Origin: Paraspadella gotoi
Taxonomy: Eukaryota > Animalia > Chaetognatha
Reading direction: 5' to 3'
Assembly: GCA_051294375.1 (NCBI GenBank)
Contig: CM119267.1
Location: 2,987,631-3,051,630 of the forward strand
Length of the DNA stretch: 64,000 nucleotides
Positions 53,204 to 64,000 of this stretch are shown piece after piece. How positions within the stretch are numbered: the first letter of the stretch is position 1; every line of letters begins with the position of its first letter. A program made the position numbers and the translations under genes. The notes below the pieces were generated by a model. The model had not been told where the DNA came from. It saw nothing but the letters and a program-made list of their open reading frames with translations, and did not search any database.

Positions 53204-54127
53204 TCATAATCGTTTCGAGATTTTGTTTTGGAAAACGACGACGACGACGACGACGACGAAAAGGCGCGACGACTTCGAATTGAAACGAAAATAATTCATC
53301 CACGTGACTCGTCTAACGACAACTCCAGCTGGAATTATTATCAAGTACATTTATGATTGAATACGAATATGTACGTCCGAACACTGTTAAAGCTGAAATA
53401 ATTCTTTATGATTTAAGGATACCGTTGTTTATCGTTTATTGTTTAAACTTAAAAAAATTATATCCATATTATATCCACAGTGGTATCTTAAAGTTAAAGT
53501 ATGCACAGAATAAAAGAATTATTAACAACGATTAAAAAATAAATAAGTATGTCGTCAATGTAAACGACATCGACTGTGTTCGAGTAATGAGAAGAATGAA
53601 TTATAAATAATAACTGAGATCGTTTATAAATCTTCGACTCATACTCGTCATCTGGCGAATCAAGACTCAAGACTCAAGGGCTCAGAAATGATGAGTTTGT
53701 CATTTTTTCCTTTGACAGGATGTTTGTCCCGTGGACGGAGGGTGGAGAGAGGGGCTGGACGGGTGGGGTGGTACAATTCAACCCGTCCGATCCGGTATTC
53801 ACGCTAGAGATGATTGTTTTCACTCTCTTCTCTCTCTCTCACTCTCTCCCTCTCTCTCACACCTCCCTTCCGATTCCTAGCGATTAATTTCGCCCACTCC
53901 CTCTCTCTCTCCCTCACATCCCAACCACCACCGCCCCCTCCCACGACCTCCCAAACCGCCTCTCTACCCCCCCTTCCCTCCCCCTTACCCTGCCCCCTAG
54001 AGGACGGCGGCTTATGGAGCCGCTAATGAGGGTAAGGGGGAAAAGCGTTTGGCCACCGCGGACTCGAGGCCGACAAAAGGTCAAGGATAAGTTAGAGAGG
54101 GTGAGGCGAGAGGGAAGAGAGAGAGAG

Positions 54128-54192
<65 letters not shown>

Positions 54193-54347
54193 TGAAATGA
54201 AGCGATCCTAATTTCGTCGGTCAGTTAACCGACGAGCTTTCGCTCTTGAAACCCGACGGCCGAACGACGACGACGACGACGATGACGCTCTCCGCCTCTT
54301 GGCGTCTCGATGTCGCCGTCGCAGAATCTCAAGAGTTCGACGCTCCG

Positions 54348-54421
<74 letters not shown>

Positions 54422-55231
54422 ACAGAGGCAGCCCGGTCGGGACCGGTCTGACCCATAGGGGGCGTAAAGGGGTTGAGGGCTGGGGTGGACTTTTTCGGGG
54501 TCATCTTTAAGTCTTGATCATCGCATACGAGCCTTTGAATGAGTCTCTCTTCCCTCGATTCGTCGAGCTTTGAAAAGATAATGGGATAATTAACGCTAAT
54601 ACGTTTAATTAATATTGATATTGACTCAATTGAATATTATTCAATGAGTATTGTCTATGAAATACTTTTATTTATTCCATAGCTATATAAGGTATGTTTC
54701 ATTCTTTTTTATACATTAATATACCATTTGATTTACATTTAAAGTTAACCTGAATTTTAAGCTCCATATTTTCACTTCTCTGCTCCTATAAAATTGACCC
54801 TTTACCATTAACCCCTGAACCCTTTTGTCTGTCCCCTCTGACGCCGGGGGATCGTGAATCTTTGACCAGTGACCAGTGACCACTGACCACCCTCTGAACT
54901 CCCCGTCTGAACTCCCCAGCATTGCCCACCACCACCCATACCCCCTTCCCGACCCTCCTTCCATTAACGAATTTTCTTTGACGGATGAATCAATATTTTA
55001 TGTTCTCCTCTCATTTTCTACGCGCGACTCATTATTCGATCGAGGAGGGAACAGTTACTGAGGGACGAGAGACTGGAGAATGGAGAAAGAAAGAAAGAAA
55101 GAATAGAAAAAGAAGAAAGGAGGAATGAGGAAAGAAAGAAGAAATAAGAATGACCAAAAAGAGAATAAAGAGATACATATTTTAAATTGTAGTGAAGGGG
55201 AGTGATGAAGGGACCGATCAATGAAGAAAAC

Positions 55232-55526
55232 GAATTGTCATTTTTGGCTTTTGTCGTTAGGGAATAGAAAATCATTTTTGGCAGCAATACAATACAATTG
55301 ACACATTCTTTGAAACATTTATACCACTTCATTAAATAGGGAAGCCAGGTACTCTGGGAGTGAATAAACGAGACTGTGAGAGAGTCTTGATTGAAAGCTT
55401 GCAGGGACCTGCTATGTTAATATCTTGTAAGAGTGATGGAGTTAGGTGCGAGATAGCTTATTTAATAAATGAATGGATAATTTTTATATTTGGTTGTACT
55501 AATTTCATAAAATCCACATGGAAGCA
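55232..55526 (+). mobile_element. Family A with an alternative 5' module and an internal deletion
   Basis: The module aattgtcatttttggcttttgtcg..gaatagaaaa.catttttggcagcaa (also at 48754-48808) precedes caattgacacattctttgaaac. The 3' flank aaaatccacatggaagc also occurs at ~48820. Confidence 0.8.
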
Positions 55527-55984
55527 GGGAGGCTGCAGACTCGAGACTGGACAGGAGACTTGACGCTTGAGACTTGACAGCGAAGAGTAATGAATGAAGA
55601 CAGGAAACCGAGAGCGCGCGATTTTAGCGTCTTATTGAGATTTGATCCAAACCTTTAAGATAAATCAAAGTTTCGTTCGAATACGAATGGTCCCAAGGGA
55701 TTAACCAAGTCGAGAAAAATTACCAGGAAAGTTATAATGGATCATTGAATGTATTGGAAAAAAGATATATTAAAATATACAAGAAGAGTCCAACATAATG
55801 TCGTTACAAAATTACCGCCTGTGAGAATAAAGGAGAAACAAAAATATAAATAAGTCGGCGAAAATAAACAGAAAATCGAAAAAAAAGGAAAAAAAAGAGA
55901 AAATCATTAGATCCTCCTTCAAAGGAAAGACTTCTTATCTTTCATCCACGAAAAGGTTCGCAAAAAAATAAAGATGGACATTCC

Positions 55985-56311
55985 GGCCTTATTTTCCCAA
56001 AGCGACCTGTTTCATCTTAAATTCGGAATTAAATTAGTTATTAAATTTAAAGATTAGGTTAAAGGTTTATATTAAAAGTTTGGTTAAGGATTAGGGTTTA
56101 AGATTAGATTAGTGGTTAAGGTTAGGGTTTAAAGACTTGTGTTTAATGTTAAGGATTAATTATATTAAAAATAATAAAAATTAGTATTTAGGGTTTAAGG
56201 TTAAGGTTTAAGATTAGATTTTAGATAATGGCTAAAGATTATAATATAAGTTTTAAAACATATTAAGGCAAAATATTAAGGTTAAATGGGACGCTTTGGG
56301 AAAATAGAACC
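55985..56311 (+). mobile_element. Family C MITE with a TTAGGG-like interior
   Basis: The TIRs ggccttattttcccaaagcgacct and gggacgctttgggaaaatagaacc share a 15-bp perfect inverted core, tattttcccaaagcg. Confidence 0.8.
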
Positions 56312-56823
56312 TAATTTCCTTCATTCGTCTTTTCCTTCTTTTTTAGTCAACGTTGAAATTCATTTGGAGTTAAGGCGAGAAAGTCTCGGGTTCGAGGCGA
56401 CTTCGCCGAAAAAGCCAGACGAATTTGCAAAAAAAAAAAGAACATCGACAACAACAACAACAACAAAAGAAGGCGGTTCTGTCGGTTTTGGTCGGTTTTG
56501 TCGGTTTTGGTCGGTTTTGTCGGCTTCATAAGTCGGTTTTGTTCGTCTTGAGGAGAAAAAAATTGTTTCAAGTTAATTTTCCCATCAGTTGGAGACCAAA
56601 GAAGAGATAAGAGGAAAGACAAATTCCGTTCGTGAAATTCTTATTTCCAGACTTAAAAAATATTGATATAAGAAAACAAAACCAAGCGACTTTTGTCTTA
56701 AAGAGTACGAACATGAAAATAGAACATAAAATCCAAATATAAGTTATAGTTTTATTAGAATTGTTTACTTACATGATCCATTTAAAAAAAAAGAAATTCA
56801 CTTTAGATAGTCTGTCTCATCTC

Positions 56824-56873
<50 letters not shown>

Positions 56874-56895
56874 CTCTCTCTCTCTTTCTTCTCTC

Positions 56896-56957
<62 letters not shown>

Positions 56958-56976
56958 TCTCTCATCTCTCCCTCCA

Positions 56977-57012
<36 letters not shown>

Positions 57013-57805
57013 ACTCCTACACACACAGGTGCATATCATTAATGGCCAGTGTCGTTGCCCTCTTAATTGCCAAATTCCCGGTCGCCGCATCGCGTCGCCC
57101 ACTCAGTCAATAACATTAACAACCCGAGGAAATTTGTTAATTTCTTTTTTTCATAATCTTTCGTAAAGTAAAAATTAATAAAATTTTAACTTATTTTAAT
57201 ATTCTTAAATAGTTTCATCTTTCTCCGTTATATTTTTCCCGACTTTTTCCCCAATCCCCATTGACCTTCTACTCGCTACTCTTCTCCCTGCTTCCCTTCC
57301 CCCAACAAATCAATTCCCCCACCCCTTTCCTTTTCTCCTCCCCTTCCTCCTCCTCTCCATCCCTTCCCCCTTTCGTAATTCGCCCACCCCCTTCCTTCCT
57401 CCTCCCTCTCCATCCTTCCCCCTTTCGCAATTCGCCCACCTCCCAAAACGAAAGAATCAGATAAAGATCTTCTACTTTGGCCACCAATCGCTTTTCCTGG
57501 GAACGGAAGAGATAGATAGATAGAAAGAAAGAGAGAAAGAAAGAGAGAAAGAAGAGCCTCAATGGGCGAAGTATTGGATGACGCGGTAACCACGACCGCC
57601 CCCCCCTCCCCTCGGAAAAAGGCCGAGATGACTACTTGCCATGTTGGATGAGAACATTGCAATTAAAGGTTTTTGGGGAATGTGATATAATTTTTAGTGC
57701 CACACAGACAGAACAAATTACCGCCTGTTTTGGTTCGCTTCAAAACTTCGGATCTAACTATATTCCGCTACTACAGGTTAGACGTCCCGTCTCGCTTACT
57801 ATCAT

Positions 57806-57880
57806 TGACACCAATGGGGCTCGAACCCAAGGGCGCTTGGTTGAAAGGGAGAACGCTCGCTCTAACGCCACCGTGGTTTC
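57806..57880 (-). pseudogene. tRNA-derived remnant (SINE head or tRNA pseudogene, possibly Glu-TTC-like)
   Basis: The minus strand reads gaaaccacggtggcgttagagcgagcgttctccctttcaaccaagcgcccttgggttcgagccccattggtgtc. It has an A-box-like tggcgttag and a T-arm/B-box gggttcgagccc, but the other arms pair poorly. Confidence 0.4.
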
Positions 57881-58042
57881 GCCGATGCAATCAGGCGGGT
57901 GGCGATAGTGAACGCGTTGCCACTTGCGTTGCCACTTGCCACAATATTTCAGTATTTCCCGATCAAAGATCCTTTTATTCATTTGAACCGGTTAAAATAT
58001 GGGGATTAATAAATGACTACAATAGCTAATAAACAACTAAAA

Positions 58043-58172
58043 GAACGAGACTGTGAGACAGTATTGATTGACAGTTGTCAGAGTCTTGCTTCTGTGCTTC
58101 AGTATGTAAGACTAAGAAGGATCGATCAGGGAGGTCTTAGTCCAAAGTCAAAGGTAAGAAAGCTTATTTATA
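58043..58172 (+). mobile_element. Family A, old diverged fragment
   Basis: aacgagactgtgagacagtattgattgacag...tccaaagtcaaaggtaagaaagcttattta. Confidence 0.6.
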
Positions 58173-58377
58173 ATAAATTTAATATCTGTATGTATGCATG
58201 TATTTTATTTATATGCATCAACTTCACAATATGATGGCAAAATTTATTCGCGTTTAATCGCATATCGAGTCTGCGATTTTTTTTTATTCTTTCAAATAAA
58301 TAATTTACTCTTGGAGAGAGAAAAAAAAAGGAAAAAAAGAAAAAAAGAAGAAAAAAAAANNNNNNNNNNNNNNNNNN

Positions 58378-58413
<36 letters not shown>

Positions 58414-58580
58414 ACCGCACGGCGCCAAAACATCCGACGTAAACACAGACTCGGGTTTACGTTCCTTGGCGCCACCGACATTTTTCTTTTCTTTCCAGAA
58501 ATAAAAGGAAAGAATCTTCGTCGACATCGAAATTGGAGGCAGAAAAAAAAAACAGGAAGAGAAGATGATAATCAGGAAAG

Positions 58581-58735
58581 ATGGCCGCCCCCGCCGCCGC
58601 CGCCGCCGCTGCCGCCGACAATAATCCAGGCGTCTCTTCCGTCCCTCGCCAAGGGATTTCTCCGGCCGCCGGAAAGGAGAGTGGCGCGCGCATCCGGAAA
58701 TCGGAATCTCGTCTGGTTGTTAGTTTCTTGCTGGA
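58581..58735 (+). CDS. Possible first coding exon in a GC-rich island
   Basis: It has an aagATGGCCGCC start context, an open frame MAAPAAAAAAAAADNNPGVSSVPRQGISPAAGKESGARIRKSESRLVVSFLL and a consensus GTGAGT donor. No downstream exon was traced. Confidence 0.25.
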
Positions 58736-59446
58736 GTGAGTGAGGGAGGTGGGGATTGGGAAGGGCAACGGGAAAGGGACGTATTTTTGACGGAGACGTG
58801 GTACATCGTATTTTTGACGGAGACGTGGTACATCGTACGGGCTCACTTAAATTCGAGTCCGCGGCAGAGCAGGGTAGAGCAGAGCAGAGCAGCGTTAGAT
58901 CACACTCCAGTGATGGTGACGAGTGAAAAAAGATCTGGATGTGACTCTTTGCTCTCTCTCTTTGACTCTCTCACATTTAATGATTTCGATCGGAGAAGAG
59001 TAGATGCGATCAAACGATCGTCCGAAATGATGCGATCGAACGATCGATATTGATGATGCGATCGAACGTAATCGATGCGTCCGTCTTGTGTGGCTTCTTT
59101 TCGGTTCAATCAAAATTCACTTTTGTTGTTTTGTTTAAAAGTTGAATGTTTTTGAAGTTTTTAAGTGGAGAAGTGAAAAATAATTCGCCGCTTAAACGCG
59201 CGGCTAAAATCCTTCAATTTCACTCTCGAATAATCAGAGATAAACTGGTCTAGAAAGTATAATATACGATATCTGATGTTATGAAACAATTAGCGTTCCT
59301 GTACTCGCGTCATAATGTCCTAAAATCGGTCAAGATTTTTATTTATTGAGCTTAAATCGACGACCCTTTTTATTTCTAAGAATTCCGAGGCCGAAGATGC
59401 CATAAACGTCTTCCTTAATACTTTTATTAAGACTCCAAAATCCCCA

Positions 59447-59549
<103 letters not shown>

Positions 59550-60978
59550 CCCTTTTTTTTGAGAAGAAAAAATAAAATTTCGTGAAAGCCTCGAAGGCTC
59601 GGTTGGCGTCGCTCGCGTCGGACCTCGTTATCTGTCGCGGTTGTTGAGGAAAACCAGAGCCTCGTGTAGGAAAAACTCGGAGGCGAGGTGGGGGAGGGTT
59701 GTGAGAGGGGGATGGAGACAGAGACAGAGACAGAGACAGAGGGAGAGGGGGAAGGGGCGGAGGGAATGGAGACGGAGTGGCGGAGAGGAGAAGGAGAAGG
59801 AGAAGGAGAGAGAACTTAAGGGGAGGGAGGGAAGGGCGAATGACTAATTTAAAAGCGAAAAAAAGGGAGGCATTTTATTTTAACTACTACTTTTATTGTG
59901 CATAGTATTCATTGTGCATAGTACTCTTACATTTTTTTTTGGTCTTATGTCAATGAGATACAGTTCATTTGAATCACAAGAATCTAAACTTTCTTGAGGT
60001 CTATTTTTTTTTAAATTTCGTGTTTTAAATTAAATGGCTTGAAAGTTGGCGCCACAATTCGTTTTCCCTTTGAGTTCGGGGGTTGGGATAAAACGGGGTC
60101 GGAGGTCGGAGTCTGGGGTTTGGGGGTCGGAGAACGGCGGTCGGAGTCTCGGGTCGGGGGTCGGAGTCAGGAAAACACTGGCGCGACGAACGGGACAAGC
60201 GCGAGAGAGAGAATGGGCAGGACTGACGGGACAAGAAACGAAGGGTGGGACTAATAGACGAATAGACGGTAGGGGAACAGTGACAAAGGATATACAGATT
60301 TAATAGAGAAATAGAAAGAAAAAGGGAGACGATCAAATTGATGACGATTAACGATTAACCATGACGATTAACGATCAAAACGATGACGATTAACCATGAC
60401 GCTTGCATCAAATGTGAAATCAAGATTAATTTCTCATCGTTTGCATTGGAGATTTTTAGCCTTTTGGATCTCCAACTGATTTTTACTCAAAAATTCCTTC
60501 GTTTACGAGTCGAGAGGAGAACGATTCATAAACTGGGATATTGAATACGCTTGGGTATTATAAGTAATTAAATGTAAAATATTGAATAGATCGAAAATAC
60601 AGAATAAACAGAATTAAGACGAATAATTGAGGTTTATTTTTAGGACAAGATAGTCGAAGAACTAATATTATAGACTCGGGATAATGATGCAAAATGGGGA
60701 AATGAATAATCCCTAAACGTATCGCGTTAAACCTGCGTTTTCAGTATAAGAAAAAAGGGTGAATGGAAAAAAAAAACTTTTAATATCATTATTACGAGAA
60801 ATCAGTAAGAATCAGACAAAGAGATCCTTACAATAAGTACAATACAGAGACTGTGTAGCGAAGCAATGAATGCAAATAAGAAAGAGAGAAGAACGTAAAA
60901 GATGAACGATGCGAAATCGAATACGAGCGGCGAATCGACTTGAATTAAAACTCTTTCTCTATCAAGTCTTTCGCTGTT

Positions 60979-61315
60979 GATAATGACGACGACACCGATG
61001 ATGATATTGACAAAGACGGAGATGACGATAATGACAAAGACGGAGATGACGATAATGACAAAGACGGAGATGACGATAATGACAAAGATGGAGAGGATGA
61101 TAATGACAAAGACGGGGATGACGATAATGACAAAGATGGAGAGGATGATAATGACAAGGACGATGACAGAGACAATGATAATGACTATGACGATGAGGGA
61201 GACGAGGAGAATGGCAATGAGGATGATGCAGATAACATAATAACATGGATGACGAAGGAAACGACAATAATGTCTATGGCGATGGAGGAGACGACAATAA
61301 TGAAATTGAAAATGA
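60979..61315 (+). repeat. Degenerate (GAY)n tract with a 24-bp unit gatgacgataatgacaaagacgga
   Basis: About 6 copies of the 24-mer lie within the triplet-periodic tract, which runs into a gap. Confidence 0.85.
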
Positions 61316-64000
61316 NNNNNNNNNNNNNNNNNNNNNNNNNNNNNNNNNNNNNNNNNNNNNNNNNNNNNNNNNNNNNNNNNNNNNNNNNNNNNNNNNNNNN
61401 NNNNNNNNNNNNNNNNNNNNNNNNNNNNNNNNNNNNNNNNNNNNNNNNNNNNNNNNNNNNNNNNNNNNNNNNNNNNNNNNNNNNNNNNNNNNNNNNNNNN
61501 NNNNNNNNNNNNNNNNNNNNNNNNNNNNNNNNNNNNNNNNNNNNNNNNNNNNNNNNNNNNNNNNNNNNNNNNNNNNNNNNNNNNNNNNNNNNNNNNNNNN
61601 NNNNNNNNNNNNNNNNNNNNNNNNNNNNNNNNNNNNNNNNNNNNNNNNNNNNNCCTTGCGCATCCCCCCGAAAGAAAACGCGTCGACTGCATATGCAAAC
61701 TGATTTATGCGTCCTATCTCTGCTCTCTTTCGTCGTCCTGTCTCTCTCTCTCGTCTCCTCTCAGTCGTCTCTCATTTCTCTCTGGGAATATGAGGGGACC
61801 AACCCCTTTCGATGGACGATAAAGATTTTGACGAGTTCGCCCCACTCGCCGCCGCTCGTGCCCCACCTTCTACTTCATTGGCGCACAGAATGATCGGTAA
61901 GGCTTATGATGGCCAACCAATAAAATAAGAAGTCGTCGTCGTCGTCGTCGTCGGTCGTCGTCGTCGCTCGTCGTTTGTTCGCAACGTTATTCGCCGAATC
62001 GACAGAATCGATTAAAAGTGATTTTTCCCGCGATTTCGAGTTTCGTCGTCATGGAGATTCGGACAACAGGTTTTTGTGAAAATAAATGCGGCGATGGAAT
62101 TTGAAAAGGATATCATGTCAGAGAAAATGAAGTTCTCAAGGAATCAAAGCTTTAAAAGCAAAAGTTTAGGCAAGTTTTAATTACGCAAACAGTGTGCGAA
62201 TTCGCAAATGAGTTAACAAACTCGATTCAAAATATTTTTTTAAAACTAATGAAAAAAAATCCTAATCATAATCCAACCTTCATTTGAATAAAGTCCAAAA
62301 ACTAACTAATTTTAGTCAATTGTAATGAAATATCTCGTCGTCGTCGTCGTCGTCGTTGTTGTTGTTTCCGACGCGAAGATGTCGGAACGCCTAACTCAGT
62401 AAAGAAATGCGGGAGTGAAATTTGTGTTACCTTGTCAGATGAAGAAGCGTTGGTAAGAAAGGCCAGACAAAGAAGGGAAGAAGCGGAAGCCACAAGAGAG
62501 AGCAGAGAGAGATGAGAAGAGAGACGAGAGAGAGAGAGACGAAGAGAGAGAGCAGAAGAAGAGAGAGAAGACGAGAGAGAGAGAGAGAGACTCTAACATA
62601 TCAAAAACACTGGACAAAATCCAAGCTAAAGTTGGAGGGTTTGGCAAGTGGCGGTGGGTGGCGGTGTGGCGGCGTAGAGCGGGGGAGTGAGGATGGGGCG
62701 GGGTCAAGTGGCGGAAGGCGGCGGTGATTAGTGGAAAAGGTCTTTTGGGATTCATATTAATAAATAAACAGCGAAAAGGATGAGATTTACACATTTTTAT
62801 TATTTTAAAATATGTTTTCTCGAAACTCAGTTTTATACTCTTTGCTTCTAAATTTTCTGTAATTTTATTGATTTTAATTCTAAATTCTCTAATTCGCTAA
62901 CTTTAATTCTCTGATTTTTACATTTTATTTTACTAATTCGCTAATTCTCTATTTCTAAAATTATATATTTACTAATTATAAATTTCATAATTCTATAATT
63001 CTAACTCTTAAATTCCTTATTACTAATTCTCTCATTTTATTAATTCTCAAATTCTCAAATTTCTAAATTCTCTAATTCTAAACTCGCTAATTCTCTAATC
63101 ATAATTATCTAATTAACTAATTATCTAATTCTTAATTATCTAATTATAAATTATTTAATTCTACATTCTCTTATTTTGTTTAATTTTAAAATCGGTAATT
63201 GTTAATTCTGTTTTCTTCTCTCTAAAATATCTTTCGTCAAAAACGATTAGTCGGTTAAGAAAATGTACGAAGGGTCGACTTAGCATCGCGTCTGCGGAAA
63301 CGAGGTTTGTAAACAAAAGATCAACGCGAGTTGTAAAGATTAACCGAAACGAGAGAAAGATAATGGGTGAAGAGGGAGTCTCACAAATTATACATCTATT
63401 TTGTCTTACAAATTACATTTAACTCTTTTTAATTTAAGAAATAGAATAATGTGTAAAAAACGCCCAGANNNNNNNNNNNNNNNNNNNNNNNNNNNNNNNN
63501 NNNNNNNNNNNNNNNNNNNNNNNNNNNNNNNNNNNNNNNNNNNNNNNNNNNNNNNNNNNNNNNNNNNNNNNNNNNNNNNNNNNNNNNNNNNNNNNNNNNA
63601 AAAAAAAAAGAAATTGATTTTATGGCACCTCGGAACGGCCGAGGTTCAGTAGAAGCGCCTCAAATGGCATCGAGAAACAGAATCCAGATGCCGATAGAAA
63701 AAAAAACGGGGTGCAGGAGAGAGATGGAGTGAATGGGATTGGGTGATGGGGTATAGGGGATGGAGTGAAAGGGATTAAGTGATGGTAGAGGATATGAAAA
63801 TGGAGTTAAGGATATGGCGCAAAAGGGATTCAGATTGGAGATATGGAAGAGAAAGAATGATTTTTATAATTTATGAGTTTGAGTGTCGAGGAGACCAATG
63901 AGCAAAATTTAAAAAATCGCGATTGCTGATGCAGTCAGCTTTAATTCACTGTTTAGCTGGATTTGTCAACTCGAGCACAGTTGGTAAAATTAATTTAATT

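Noticed and set aside
57806-57880. Functional tRNA gene
   Set aside because: The D and anticodon arms do not pair convincingly, so it is kept only as a tRNA-derived remnant.
60979-61315. Asp-rich acidic protein exon (DDDNDKDG repeats)
   Set aside because: The frame shifts near 61235-61245, no splice sites or start were found, and the tract is consistent with a degenerate triplet repeat. It cannot be fully excluded because of the adjacent gap.

Overview
This is eukaryotic nuclear DNA, most likely from an invertebrate animal, taken from a gapped draft assembly. It is AT-rich, with many (AG)n, (GAC)n and (CTTT)n microsatellites and about 19 N-gaps. Most entries in the ORF track are low-complexity artefacts. 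Positions ~4.7-13.9 kb are a noisy copy of 13.9-19.5 kb, joined by an exact 25-N gap; this is probably a long-read gap-filling or haplotype artefact, and the first copy carries an extra ~1.3 kb segment. Four small spliced genes can be partly traced, none firmly identified: three on the minus strand (two in 1-4.2 kb and one in the duplicated block) and one on the plus strand at 50.3-51.7 kb behind an RFX X-box. The richest signal is in the repeats. Family A is a ~326-bp retroposon-like unit with circularly permuted copies, a shared 3' end and a degenerate hammerhead-like motif (Penelope/retrozyme-like). Family B is a DINE-1/HINE-like Helentron derivative. Family C is a MITE with ~24-bp TIRs, most copies enclosing degenerate TTAGGG-like arrays. 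There is also a 1.7-kb foldback element inserted in a 21-bp minisatellite, several other minisatellites, and a 13-bp-phased CCAAT array with ETS sites and an X-box. All assignments were made by eye, with no database searches.
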